Shown piece by piece: positions 18,515 to 28,146 of a DNA stretch of 39,070 nucleotides. This stretch comes from a candidate division WOR-3 bacterium (GTDB lineage Bacteria; Hydrothermota; Tepidihabitantia; Tepidihabitantales; Tepidihabitantaceae), in assembly GCA_965649225.1 (NCBI GenBank), contig CBFGJX010000013.1, forward strand, positions 33,562 to 72,631. The letters are read 5' to 3'. Position 1 is the first letter of the stretch, and each line of letters begins with the position of its first letter. The notes below the pieces were generated by a model that saw only the letters and a program-made list of their open reading frames with translations, was not told where the DNA came from and searched no databases. The position numbers and the translations under genes are program-made.

Positions 18515-19124
18515 CGTTGCCGCCGAGCCGGGCTCGGCACGGCGGCTGATTACCCTTCCCAATCTGCTCAGCCTTTCCCGACTGGTCCTGCTGCCGTTCA
18601 TATTGCTCCTGCTGTTTCGGCGTCAGGGCATCGGCGCGGTGGCGCTGATGGCCGTCTGCTGGCTCACCGATGCTCTGGACGGCATCATCGCCCGCCGTCT
18701 CAATCAAGTGTCCAATCTCGGGCGTGCCCTTGACCACCTCGTTGACAAAATCTGGATCGGCACGGTGCTGGTCGTACTGGTATGCCTGCGGGGATTGCCG
18801 CTCTGGCTGGCTGGCACCGTCATTCTCCGCGACCTGCTGATCCTAGCCGGCAGCGTCGCAATCATGCATTGCCACGGCACCTACGTGTCATCAGATATCG
18901 TCGGCAAAGTCGCCGGTGCCGCCTTTGCGGTTGCGATTGTCTACTACACGCTGGAGATTCCGCGCTGGGCTGCCTGGCGTCAGTACCTTGACATTGCTAT
19001 CGTCGTGCTCGCCGGCGTCTCGCTGATTAACTACGGTTACCGCTTCCTCCAGCGCATGACCGGACTGCATCTGCCCGACGAAGAACAGAACCCACCGGAA
19101 AACAGCGGGCCGCGACGCCATTGA
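18495..19124 (+). CDS. pgsA: CDP-alcohol phosphatidyltransferase (PgsA-like)
   Basis: PNLLSLSR and TDALDGIIARRLNQVSNLGRALDHLVDK signature. Confidence 0.85.
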   Translation: MATGTNDVAAEPGSARRLITLPNLLSLSRLVLLPFILLLLFRRQGIGAVALMAVCWLTDALDGIIARRLNQVSNLGRALDHLVDKIWIGTVLVVLVCLRGLPLWLAGTVILRDLLILAGSVAIMHCHGTYVSSDIVGKVAGAAFAVAIVYYTLEIPRWAAWRQYLDIAIVVLAGVSLINYGYRFLQRMTGLHLPDEEQNPPENSGPRRH

Positions 19125-19136
19125 CATCGCGGCCCG
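19099..19136 (-). terminator. probable terminator between convergent pgsA and aminotransferase genes
   Basis: CGGGCCGCGA/TCGCGGCCCG stem (extends to 14 bp with G-U pairs on the minus strand) followed by CTGTTTT. Confidence 0.5.
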
Positions 19137-19154
19137 AAAAGCAACCCGGTCCGA

Positions 19155-20249
19155 CTAGCCGCGCCGCTGCACTGCCTTGTAGGCGGCAACGAAGGCCCGC
19201 AGACCACGCTCAATCCAAGCACGATTGACCGGGCCCATGTGACCGATGCGGACTATCCTGCCACGCAGGTCGCCCTGGCCGTTGGCAAAAAGTACCCCGT
19301 GGCGCGTCTTGGCGTAATCCACCAACTTCGCCCCGTCGACATCATCGGGCATCCTGACTACGGTCAGCGCATTTGACGGTCGGCGCGGGAAAAGCTCCAG
19401 GCCCATCGCCGTGACTTTTCGTCGCACATAATCCGCCAGCCCGGCCCGCTGCTTCCAGTATGCCGGCATCCCGCGCCGGACAATCCGCTTCAATGCCAGG
19501 TTCATTGCGTAGATAATCGATATTGCCGGCGTCCAAGCCGTCTGCCCTTTCTCCGCGTAACGCCGTGCTGCCCGCAGGTCAAAGTAGTAACGGACATTGC
19601 GACACTTCTCGACGAGCTCCCAGGCCCGGGGGCTCAAGGCGATGAACCCGATTCCCGGTGGCACGCCCAGGCCCTTCTGAGAACCGCCGACTACCACATC
19701 GACGTGCCATTGATCGGCTCTGAGCTCATCACAACCCAGACCGGCCACCGCATCAACAACCAGCACCCGGTTCAGCCGCCGGCAGATATCACCGTACGCC
19801 TTGATGTCATGCACGACCCCGGTCGAAGTTTCAGTCAGGGTAGTGAACACGCACCGGGCCGAGTCGTTGGCCAGCAGCCGGCGCTCGAGCTCTTCGGCCG
19901 GCACCGTTTCGCCGTAGGGGCGACTGAGTTCATCGACATAGGCACCAAACCGCAGACAGAGTTCCCGCCAGCGTTCGCCGAACCTTCCGGCAGTCGCCAC
20001 TACCACTTTGTCACCCTGATTGACCAGATTGGCAACCGCCGCCTCCATCGCGCCGGTACCCGAGCAGGTCAGAATATGCACCTCATGCTTGGACAGCATC
20101 AACTGCTGCAGCCCAGCCCGGACCGACTCGAACAGCTTGGCAAACGATGCCTCGCGATGATACACGAGGCCGCTGGCCAGCTCCTTCAGCACCTCGGCCG
20201 ATACATCCACCGGACCCGGGGTGTAGAGGGTGTACTTGGGTTTAACCAT
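19155..20249 (-). CDS. class V PLP aminotransferase (alanine-glyoxylate/serine-pyruvate/phosphoserine type)
   Basis: TPGP, SGTGAMEAA, ETSTGV, GSQKG (PLP lysine) and RIGHMG; ATG 20249 after AAGGAG. Confidence 0.9.
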   Translation of the reverse strand: MVKPKYTLYTPGPVDVSAEVLKELASGLVYHREASFAKLFESVRAGLQQLMLSKHEVHILTCSGTGAMEAAVANLVNQGDKVVVATAGRFGERWRELCLRFGAYVDELSRPYGETVPAEELERRLLANDSARCVFTTLTETSTGVVHDIKAYGDICRRLNRVLVVDAVAGLGCDELRADQWHVDVVVGGSQKGLGVPPGIGFIALSPRAWELVEKCRNVRYYFDLRAARRYAEKGQTAWTPAISIIYAMNLALKRIVRRGMPAYWKQRAGLADYVRRKVTAMGLELFPRRPSNALTVVRMPDDVDGAKLVDYAKTRHGVLFANGQGDLRGRIVRIGHMGPVNRAWIERGLRAFVAAYKAVQRRG

Positions 20250-21528
20250 CCAGTGTCTCCTTGCATCGCTTGATTGCACAGAACTCACCGCACATTGTAC
20301 AGGCGCCGTCCGTGCCGGACCGCGCCCGGTTGAAAAATTCCCGCGCCCGTCCCGGGTCAATCGAGTGCTTTATCATCTCGTCCCAGTCCAGCGCCGCCCG
20401 CGCCTGTGACATCCGATAGTCCCAGGCCACCGCTGCCGGCCGGCGTCGCGCCAGGTCGGCGGCGTGCGCCGCAATCCGAGCGGCAATCACACCCTGACGC
20501 ACCTCTTCGATGTCCGGCAGCCCAAGATGCTCGGAAGGTGTCACATAACACAGAAAATCGGCTCCCCAGTAGGCGGCCAGTGCTCCGCCGATTGCCGCGC
20601 TGATATGGTCGTAGCCGCAGGCAACATCGGTTACCAGCGGCCCGAGCACGTAGAAGGGCGCGCCACCACAAAGTGCCTTCTCGATTTTGACATTGACCTC
20701 AACCTGGTCGAGCGGAACATGACCCGGCCCTTCGACAATCACCCCGACTCCGGCCGCGCGGCCGCGTTTCACGAGTTCGCCGATGGTCAGCAGTTCGGCA
20801 ATCTGCGCCTCGTCGGTGGCATCGGCGACTGCACCGGGCCGCATTCCATCTCCCAGACTCAACACCGCGCCGGTTTCGCGGGCCAGTTTCAGCAGTTCAT
20901 CATAGCGTTCGTAGAGCGGATTCTCGGCGTTGTTGCGTACCATCCACTCGACCACCATCGAACCACCCCGGCTGACAACACCACAAATCCGGTGATGAGC
21001 TCGCAGCCGGTCAAGATTGGCACGGTTGATACCGCAATGAACCGTGATGAAGTCCACCCCGTCTTCGAGATGACGCCAGACACCGTCAATGAAGGCATCG
21101 GCCGGCATCTCGACAAACGAACGTCCGCTCCGCCGGGCATCCAGCGCCACCTGATACAATGGCACAGTCCCAACCGGCACCGGCGACGCCGCCACTATCT
21201 CCCGTCGCATCGCGTCGACATCGCCACCAACCGAAAGGTCCATCACCGTATCGGCACCGGCCGCCACCGCCGTTTCCAGTTTCGCCAGTTCGTGGGCAAT
21301 ATCCGACAAATCCGGCGATGTCCCGATGTTTGCGTTCACCTTCACGGCAGTACCGGCACCGACCACCATCGGCTCGATCGCGTGTTTTCGCGAACGGACG
21401 ACTACTGCCCGGCCGGCGGCGACTTCGGCCGCCAGCAACGCAGCATCCAGCCCTTCCCGACGGGCAGCAATCTCAATCAGTGTGTTGGCCCCGTGACCTT
21501 CCGAGGCCGGAACCACTTGCTCCATCAT
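20242..21528 (-). CDS. thiC: phosphomethylpyrimidine synthase ThiC family (short anaerobe-type; a Bza paralogue is not excluded)
   Basis: KVNANIGTS, GADTVMDLS, SLGDGMRPG, EGPGHVP, LCYVTPSEHLGLP and CTMCGEFC. Confidence 0.88.
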   Translation of the reverse strand: MMEQVVPASEGHGANTLIEIAARREGLDAALLAAEVAAGRAVVVRSRKHAIEPMVVGAGTAVKVNANIGTSPDLSDIAHELAKLETAVAAGADTVMDLSVGGDVDAMRREIVAASPVPVGTVPLYQVALDARRSGRSFVEMPADAFIDGVWRHLEDGVDFITVHCGINRANLDRLRAHHRICGVVSRGGSMVVEWMVRNNAENPLYERYDELLKLARETGAVLSLGDGMRPGAVADATDEAQIAELLTIGELVKRGRAAGVGVIVEGPGHVPLDQVEVNVKIEKALCGGAPFYVLGPLVTDVACGYDHISAAIGGALAAYWGADFLCYVTPSEHLGLPDIEEVRQGVIAARIAAHAADLARRRPAAVAWDYRMSQARAALDWDEMIKHSIDPGRAREFFNRARSGTDGACTMCGEFCAIKRCKETLDG

Positions 21529-21556
21529 ATCTCCCTTCCGGCAATGCCGGCCGGAA

Positions 21557-22342
21557 TCAACCGCCGGGGCGACAAGTAACTTCCTCCATTGCCAGACACT
21601 CCTCACTGCCATCATCGTGCCGGACTACCACCCGGCGTTTGGCATGGTCAACTGTCACGACGTCGGCATAACCCTTGGTCGTCAGCACCTGCGTCCCCAC
21701 CTTCGGCATGTCCTCCAGCAACTGATGATAGTTGGCATCCTCGAACGCAAGGCAGCAAAGCAACTTGCCGCACAGGCCGGAAATCTTCGCCGGTTCGACA
21801 AAAAGATTCTGCTGCCGCGCCATCCGCAGGGCAATTGGCCTCAGTTCCTTGATGAACACCCGGCAGCAGACCTCGCGGCCGCACGGCCCCAGCCCGCCAA
21901 TCAACCGCGCATGGTCACGAACGCCGATCTGCTTGATTGCCACCCGGACGTTCAGGGCCGCCGAAACCGCCCGGTGCAGCCCCCGGAAATCCAGCCGCTC
22001 TTCGGAAGCGAAGTAGAAACAGACCTTTTTCCGGTCCAGCCGCCAGTGGGCGCCAACGACTCTCATCTGCAGTCCAAACTCATGCTGCAGGCGCGAGAAA
22101 ACCTCCAGCGCTCTCTCGGTCCGTTCGTCCAGCTCCCGGCGGCGTGCCAGGTCTTCTTCAGTTGCAATCCGGATGACGGTGCAGCGCGACTCCTCACCGT
22201 CAGCATACGTCACCAGCCGGCCGAAATCCTCTCCCTCATCATCGCTGATTACCAGCCCGTCGCCCGGCCGGGGATCGAGGTCATCCGGCACCGCGCAGAG
22301 CTCGGAATTGAAATGATGCAGTTCAACCAGCGCCGTACGCAT
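21557..22342 (-). CDS. PSP1 C-terminal domain / RicT (YaaT)-family Fe-S regulatory protein
   Basis: RLDFR, QIGVRD, GLGPCGREVCC, MARQQNL and ISGLCGKLLCCL. Confidence 0.88.
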   Translation of the reverse strand: MRTALVELHHFNSELCAVPDDLDPRPGDGLVISDDEGEDFGRLVTYADGEESRCTVIRIATEEDLARRRELDERTERALEVFSRLQHEFGLQMRVVGAHWRLDRKKVCFYFASEERLDFRGLHRAVSAALNVRVAIKQIGVRDHARLIGGLGPCGREVCCRVFIKELRPIALRMARQQNLFVEPAKISGLCGKLLCCLAFEDANYHQLLEDMPKVGTQVLTTKGYADVVTVDHAKRRVVVRHDDGSEECLAMEEVTCRPGG

Positions 22343-22348
22343 GACTCT

Positions 22349-23650
22349 TCAGCGAAACTGCTGCTGCTCCTCGGGCAAAAGATAGTTCTCGTAGCCGGTC
22401 GGCGGTTCGTCCGGCGCATTTGTCCACGCCAGCCGGTGATTGCCGTCGCCCCGGAGGTCAATAAACACAAAGACGTAGCCGGTACCGTAGTACTGCCAGT
22501 ATTCGCGCGGTCGGGTTTCGCTTTCGATGATGCGCTGCTCGATCGCATCCGGCTCGCCATACTTGACATATATCCGACCGCGGTCGGTGGTCACCCCCGG
22601 CAGTTTCGGTCGGCCGTAGCGCGACTCGACCGTCTCCATCCGCCGGGCAAATTCGGTCAGGTTGCGCCGGTTCCAGAACCACGCCAGATAGGCCAGTTTG
22701 CCGGAGTCGCTGAGCGAATTGTAGTATGCCAGTTCGCGCGGGGTCGCCAGATACTTTATCTCTCGCACGTAGCGCGCCTCCCGGGGCGGAAGCGAGCCGT
22801 ACCAGTCGGCCACTGCCACCCGCGACTGAGTGCCGAACCGCACCCTGCTTTCCCGACGCGCCCTGCCGGCCGGCGCACTGACTTCGGTCCAGACGGTGTA
22901 GTCACCGTCGTCCAGTCCGCCGACATCCAGCCCCAGTGCGGTAGCCAGTTTCGACCGCAGTGGCCGCCGCACTACGGCGCTGCGCATCACGGTATCGGGC
23001 CGACCAGGTCGCCGGGCCGATATTCCTAGTTGGATTGCAAATGAATCGCCGTTGGCGAACTGCGGCCCCGGCCTGCGCTCGGTCGGCCCGGCGAGTTCGG
23101 CTTCGAGGTAAACGTACAGCAATTCGGGCCGAGGGACGCCCTTGCGCAGCAGCGGATTCGGTACAACCGACACGACACCGCTGGCCGAATCCTGGACCGC
23201 ACTGGTGCCGAGTTGAAGCGAACTGAGCCAGATTGCTCCGGTACGACGCTCAACGCTCAGCGTCTCGACGCTCGCCCCACTGTGACCGACCGGGTCGGCG
23301 GAATCCACCACTGCCAGTCGGAACAGGTAGCGTCCGGGTGGGACGGTAACGCTAAACCCGTCGACGAAGGCCGTTTGTGCCTGTTGTGCCGCGGCAAACG
23401 ATTCCAGTCTTGCCCGCTTCTCGATCGTGCCCTGCTGGACGAAACTGCCCTCCAGTGCCTGCAGGGTTACTTCAACTGCAAACCGGGTCTGCGGCTGACC
23501 GCTCGCAGTAGTGGTGTAACTCAACTGGTCGTAGGGGACCGCGTAGAAAAACTCGATTCGGCTCGAATCACCGGCCGCCGCAAACACCGCCCAGTCAACG
23601 GCGAAGTCAACGGCGGTGGTCAAAAGCGGCAGCAGAAACAGCCAAGACAT
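22349..23650 (-). CDS. GWxTD domain-containing exported protein
   Basis: Short signal peptide; C-terminal FWN...GVTTDRGRIYVKYGEPD...WQY...FVFID. Confidence 0.85.
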   Translation of the reverse strand: MSWLFLLPLLTTAVDFAVDWAVFAAAGDSSRIEFFYAVPYDQLSYTTTASGQPQTRFAVEVTLQALEGSFVQQGTIEKRARLESFAAAQQAQTAFVDGFSVTVPPGRYLFRLAVVDSADPVGHSGASVETLSVERRTGAIWLSSLQLGTSAVQDSASGVVSVVPNPLLRKGVPRPELLYVYLEAELAGPTERRPGPQFANGDSFAIQLGISARRPGRPDTVMRSAVVRRPLRSKLATALGLDVGGLDDGDYTVWTEVSAPAGRARRESRVRFGTQSRVAVADWYGSLPPREARYVREIKYLATPRELAYYNSLSDSGKLAYLAWFWNRRNLTEFARRMETVESRYGRPKLPGVTTDRGRIYVKYGEPDAIEQRIIESETRPREYWQYYGTGYVFVFIDLRGDGNHRLAWTNAPDEPPTGYENYLLPEEQQQFR

Positions 23651-23653
23651 CCG

Positions 23654-24835
23654 CTATCCCCGGCTCCGGCTCAACACAAACTGACCGGTACCGTAACGGT
23701 CAACAAACACAAACGACCGACCGATGGCATAGTAGTACCAGATCTCTACTGCCGGCGAATCCAGTTCAAACGGCCGGGTCTCAATCTGGTCCGGCGGCCC
23801 GTAGATGACATACACTTTCGCCCGGTCGCTGCGGAAGCCCAAATCACCGTGGCGGAACTTTTCATCGGCGTATTCAATCCGGGCAAAATACTCTGCCTCA
23901 TCAAGCTCGCCGGTAACACCGGCTGTCCAGTCCCGGTTTGACCAGAAACTCCGCCAGAGACTTTCGCGCTCGACCGGCGGCGCCGCCAGCAACCGTCTGA
24001 TTTCCTCACTGGTCGCAATATGTAGCAACCGCTCGACACGCTCACGGTAAACGCTATCATCAAGAAAAAACGGGTAACTGACGCTCAGCGTTGCCTGCGC
24101 TCCCGGTCGCTGATCGGTCTGGCCAGCGCTGATACCGTAAACTGTCAGTTCATAATCGCCATTGCGCAACCGTGACCGGCCCGGCTCCCCCGCCACCGGG
24201 TAAAGAAAAAAAGCCTGCCGCCCCGAATCCAGTTCGGCGGCAACGGCACGGTGCTCGACAACCGGCCGTTCCTGTTTGGTCAAGCGAAACAAGAAACTGT
24301 CCGGCTCTGCCGCCACGGCTGACCGTACGACCGCCCGCACTGTATCGTCAATGCCAAACCGCCGTACCGCAGCACCATCAGCACCAGCAACTTCAAGCGC
24401 GAACCGGCGCGGCGTGCTGCCGGTCGTCACACCCGACTGTCCACCAACACGCAGCGCGGCCCGGCCGCTGGCGCGTCTTTCGCTGGCCAGGTCACGCACC
24501 TCAATCACTGCCACTGCCGCCGAATCCGGCAGTACAAACTCGAACCGGCCGGCAATCGTGCTTTCGGCTGAAAGCGCCGCCCGTCGGGCTTCACTGTTCC
24601 AGACCCGCGCCGCCAGCAGCCGGTTACGGCTCTCGGCCAGTGCCTGAACCCGCAGCTGGTAACGGGCGACAAACTCGCCGCTTTCCCGTACCTGCACCAG
24701 CGCTCCCCGTGGCAGTTCACAGAAAATGTCAAGCACTCGCCCCTCGGTGGTTGTGCGAGTATTCACCTCGATTGCAACCGGCAGATTGCCCTGCATCGCA
24801 AGCGCCGCTGCCACGGCCAGCAGAACCGGTGTCAT
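23654..24835 (-). CDS. GWxTD domain-containing exported protein
   Basis: FWS...YFARIEYADEKF...GFRSDRAKVYVIYGPPD...WYY...FVFVD; start moved to ATG 24835 (signal peptide, just after a promoter). Confidence 0.83.
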   Translation of the reverse strand: MTPVLLAVAAALAMQGNLPVAIEVNTRTTTEGRVLDIFCELPRGALVQVRESGEFVARYQLRVQALAESRNRLLAARVWNSEARRAALSAESTIAGRFEFVLPDSAAVAVIEVRDLASERRASGRAALRVGGQSGVTTGSTPRRFALEVAGADGAAVRRFGIDDTVRAVVRSAVAAEPDSFLFRLTKQERPVVEHRAVAAELDSGRQAFFLYPVAGEPGRSRLRNGDYELTVYGISAGQTDQRPGAQATLSVSYPFFLDDSVYRERVERLLHIATSEEIRRLLAAPPVERESLWRSFWSNRDWTAGVTGELDEAEYFARIEYADEKFRHGDLGFRSDRAKVYVIYGPPDQIETRPFELDSPAVEIWYYYAIGRSFVFVDRYGTGQFVLSRSRG

Positions 24836-24846
24836 CAGAATATTGT

Positions 24847-24874
24847 AGTCTATTTTACGCCGGTACCAAGTCAA
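24847..24874 (-). promoter_or_regulatory. sigma70-like promoter of the GWxTD-ricT-thiC unit
   Basis: TTGACT-N16-TAGACT, 11 nt before ATG 24835. Confidence 0.65.
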
Positions 24875-25794
24875 GCCACCGGCAGCGGCAACCGGTCAGC
24901 ACCCGGCCGCTGCGCACCAGCCGGTCGAACACGAAACTTGCGAACCAGGTGATGTGGGTGGTAGCTCAGCTTCGCCTGCCGCAGTCCAGCAATACCCAGG
25001 TCCTGTTCACGGTTGACAAACTTGAACTCCAGCAGCTCATTGGCGCAGAACTGCTGATTGATCAGCTGATAGGCGCCGCGGAGAGTCGGATTCGCTTTTT
25101 CAAAATGAACCACGGCGGTCGTTGGATTCAGCTTTTCACCAATCGCAAAACCCGCCACGCGTCCTTCCACCAGCACCGCCCCGCCGAGCAACCCTGCCGA
25201 CGACCAGTTCTCAAGCAGTTCGCGGATTGCCCGTTGTTCCTCGGCCAGCGCTGGATTCTCGTCACAGTGGCGCAGATTGCACCAGTCCTCTTCCAGCGCA
25301 AGGCACTCGGCCGCCACAGCCACGTCAATCCGCCGGTACTCCCAGTTCTTACTTGAAATCAGCCCGTTGAGGAAATTGCGCTTGGCATCATAGCGGCGCC
25401 CCTCGAGCATGACCAGGTCGCTGACCAGATAGACATAATCAGCCTGATCCCGGTCTTCGACTACCGCCATTCCGGCTCCCGCCAGCTCCACCGCCACCGT
25501 CTCCGGCACTCGTTCCAGGAGCGGCTCGACCCCGTTCTCCGCTGCCCAGCGGAACACCCCGGCAACCACTCCCACCGGGTCACACAAACATATCGGCGGG
25601 AAAAACCAGCCGTGGTCCTGTTCTTCGGCCCTGATTACCAGCGCTGAACCGGTCTCGGCCCAGAAAATCCGCCGCCGGCCCCGCCAGACCCAAAGATTGG
25701 TATATGTCAGCTCTGATATCTCCGGCGGGAACCGCTCAAACCAGCGTTCCAGTGCTGGACGATCGGCGGCTGTCAACTGACGCAGATTGAGCAT
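24871..25794 (-). CDS. DUF2156 / aminoacyl-phosphatidylglycerol synthase-like GNAT domain protein (stand-alone)
   Basis: SELTYTNL, DYVY..L..LEGRRY..KRN, VHFEKA, NREQDLG..GLRQAKLSYHP. Confidence 0.85.
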   Translation of the reverse strand: MLNLRQLTAADRPALERWFERFPPEISELTYTNLWVWRGRRRIFWAETGSALVIRAEEQDHGWFFPPICLCDPVGVVAGVFRWAAENGVEPLLERVPETVAVELAGAGMAVVEDRDQADYVYLVSDLVMLEGRRYDAKRNFLNGLISSKNWEYRRIDVAVAAECLALEEDWCNLRHCDENPALAEEQRAIRELLENWSSAGLLGGAVLVEGRVAGFAIGEKLNPTTAVVHFEKANPTLRGAYQLINQQFCANELLEFKFVNREQDLGIAGLRQAKLSYHPHHLVRKFRVRPAGAQRPGADRLPLPVA

Positions 25795-25796
25795 CG

Positions 25797-26504
25797 TCAG
25801 TGAACCAGCGGCCACAGTGCCCAGCGGCCGCGTGCCCGCAGCATCAACACTCCAAACAGCACGCCCCGGCTGGAAAGATAGGCCACTGCCCAGCGGTCGA
25901 CCACCCCGGCTTCTTCGAGCAGACGCAGCCCCGACGGGTCCTCACCCCGACGATGGTGGCGGACAATCAGCGGCCAGACCCGCGACGAGAAAACCCTTGT
26001 CCCCATCAAACCGAGAAAAGCCACCATTTCGGCCGGCCATACCGCGGTTTCCAGCTCCGGCCGCAGCTGTACCACCGCCTCGACCACCGGTATGCCATCG
26101 GCTTCCGGGTCAACGCCGAGAAAATCCGTCAGTTCATCGTAATGACGGAACTCGTACACCGCGACGATTGCCAGGTCCGAACCCGGCTCGTGCAGTGAAA
26201 CCAGCCAGTCGCGTATCAGCGGTTTGTGAAAGACGGCCCGCCAGTTCTCTTTCTCGGCCAGCAACTCTTCACGGTCAAAACCCGGCGCCGTGCCGGTCCA
26301 TATCGGTTCGCGCAACACCATCAGCGCCACATCAAAGGCATGTTCCAGCATCCGCTCAACCTTGCCGTCGCGCACGGTTTCGACATTGTATTCCAGTATC
26401 TGCCGTGCCGGAACTCTCGTCCGCCCGCAGCCCGTCAACAGGGCCAGCAGAATCAGAACAACGCGCCGGCCGACGTCAGGACAGCCCGACAATCCTGCCG
26501 TCAT
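25797..26504 (-). CDS. hypothetical lipoprotein
   Basis: RR-hydrophobic-LTGC lipobox; fills the gap between fhs and DUF2156; start uncertain. Confidence 0.6.
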   Translation of the reverse strand: MTAGLSGCPDVGRRVVLILLALLTGCGRTRVPARQILEYNVETVRDGKVERMLEHAFDVALMVLREPIWTGTAPGFDREELLAEKENWRAVFHKPLIRDWLVSLHEPGSDLAIVAVYEFRHYDELTDFLGVDPEADGIPVVEAVVQLRPELETAVWPAEMVAFLGLMGTRVFSSRVWPLIVRHHRRGEDPSGLRLLEEAGVVDRWAVAYLSSRGVLFGVLMLRARGRWALWPLVH

Positions 26505-28146
26505 CGAAGATATCTATTTTCAGTGCGTTGGGACGCTTTGCCAGACCCGGCAGCAGCTCCATTTCGCCGGCAACCGGCACCAGATAACCGGCACCGGCCC
26601 GGATGTGCACTGCCGAAATGGCAATCTTGAAACCACTGCAGGCGCCAAGACACTCCGGGTCATCGGACAGCGACAAAGGTGTCTTCGCCACGCAAATCGG
26701 CAGTTTCTCCAGGCCGAGCGAACGGATGCGCTTGATGTCCCGCTCGGCCCGCGGGGTGTAAACAACCTGACCGGCACCGTAGATCCGCTCGGCAACGGTC
26801 TGAATCTTCTCTTCCACTCCGCTGTCGTAATCATAGACCGGTCGGTTTTTGCCCGGGCGCTCGGCAATCTGCTTGAGCACCGCCTGCGCCAGCGCCTCAC
26901 AGCCGCGGCCGCCTTCGGCAAACCCGTTACTCACTGCAAAAGCCGCCCCGTGCTCGGCACAGTACTGCTCAATCATCCTGATGTCGTCATCACGGTCATC
27001 ACCAAAACGGTTCAAGGCCACCACCGGCTCCAGTCCCAGCGTCCGGCAGTTATCAATGTGACGGGCGAGGTTTGCCATCCCGGCCCACAGATGGGTCAAT
27101 CGCGCCTTGCCGGCATCCGCCGCGCCACCCTGATGCTTCAGCGCCCGCACTGTCGCCACCAGCACGCAGCCGTCCACGGTCCAGCCGGCCTTGTGCGCGA
27201 CGATATCGACGAACTTCTCGGCCCCGAGGTCGGAACCGAAGCCGGCCTCAATGACGGTGTACTCGCACAGCCGGCGAGCCATCTCGGTCGCCACCACGCT
27301 CGCGGTACCGTGGGCGATGTTGGCAAACGGCCCGGCATGGACAAATGCCGGTGTTCCCTCGATGGTCTGCACGACGTTGGGTTTCAACGCATCCTTCAGC
27401 AGCACCGCCATCGCCCCGGTGGCACCAAGGTCAGCCGCCGTTACCGGTTTATCATCATAACTCATCGCGACAAGAATCCGTCCCAGCCGTTCCTTCAATT
27501 CCGAACGCGACGCGGCCAGCCCCAGTATCGCCATCACCTCGGAAGCGGCGGTGATGACGCAGCTGTCCTCGCGTGCCGGGCCGTTGGTCCTGCCGCCCAG
27601 CCCGACGACCATCGTTCGCAGCACCCGGTCGTTCATGTCAATCGCCCGGGGGAAAATTATCTCACGTTCATCGATGCGATGCGGGTTGCCGAAGTGAATC
27701 GAGTTGTCCAGCATCGCCGAAAGCAGATTGTGCGCCGAAGTCACGGCGTGAATGTCGCCGGTGAAGTGCAGGTTGATGTCGTCCATCGGCAGCACCTGCG
27801 AATACCCGCCGCCGGCCGCACCGCCCTTGATCCCGAACACCGGCCCCAGCGACGGCTCGCGCAGCACCACGGTTGACTTGTGGCCCAGCCGGTTCAGTGC
27901 CATCGACAGCCCGACCGAAACGGTCGTCTTGCCTTCACCGTACTTGGTCGGCGTGATGGCGGTCACCAGTACCAGCTTCCCGACCGGCCGCTCGCCGAGC
28001 TGGTCAAACAGCCGCAGCGACAGCTTCGCCTTGTAATTGCCATAGGGCAGCACCAGATCAAAATCTTCGATGCCGAGTGCCCGGACAATCTCGGCAATCG
28101 GCTTCAGCTTCGCCTGCTGTGCTATCTCGATGTCAGTTAGCATCAC
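26476..28146 (-). CDS. fhs: formate--tetrahydrofolate ligase
   Basis: TPTKYGEGKTT, REPSLGP, KGGAAGGGYSQ, HFTGD, GPFANIAHG and EAGFGSDLGAEKF. Confidence 0.96.
   Translation of the reverse strand: MMLTDIEIAQQAKLKPIAEIVRALGIEDFDLVLPYGNYKAKLSLRLFDQLGERPVGKLVLVTAITPTKYGEGKTTVSVGLSMALNRLGHKSTVVLREPSLGPVFGIKGGAAGGGYSQVLPMDDINLHFTGDIHAVTSAHNLLSAMLDNSIHFGNPHRIDEREIIFPRAIDMNDRVLRTMVVGLGGRTNGPAREDSCVITAASEVMAILGLAASRSELKERLGRILVAMSYDDKPVTAADLGATGAMAVLLKDALKPNVVQTIEGTPAFVHAGPFANIAHGTASVVATEMARRLCEYTVIEAGFGSDLGAEKFVDIVAHKAGWTVDGCVLVATVRALKHQGGAADAGKARLTHLWAGMANLARHIDNCRTLGLEPVVALNRFGDDRDDDIRMIEQYCAEHGAAFAVSNGFAEGGRGCEALAQAVLKQIAERPGKNRPVYDYDSGVEEKIQTVAERIYGAGQVVYTPRAERDIKRIRSLGLEKLPICVAKTPLSLSDDPECLGACSGFKIAISAVHIRAGAGYLVPVAGEMELLPGLAKRPNALKIDIFDDGRIVGLS

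Noticed and set aside
26290..27876. Long antisense ORFs (528 aa here; also 1657-2850, 5424-6638, 13719-15173, 20464-21579, 21617-23029, 33904-35295)
   Set aside because: Shadow frames of well-supported genes in GC-rich DNA; no recognisable motifs or start signals
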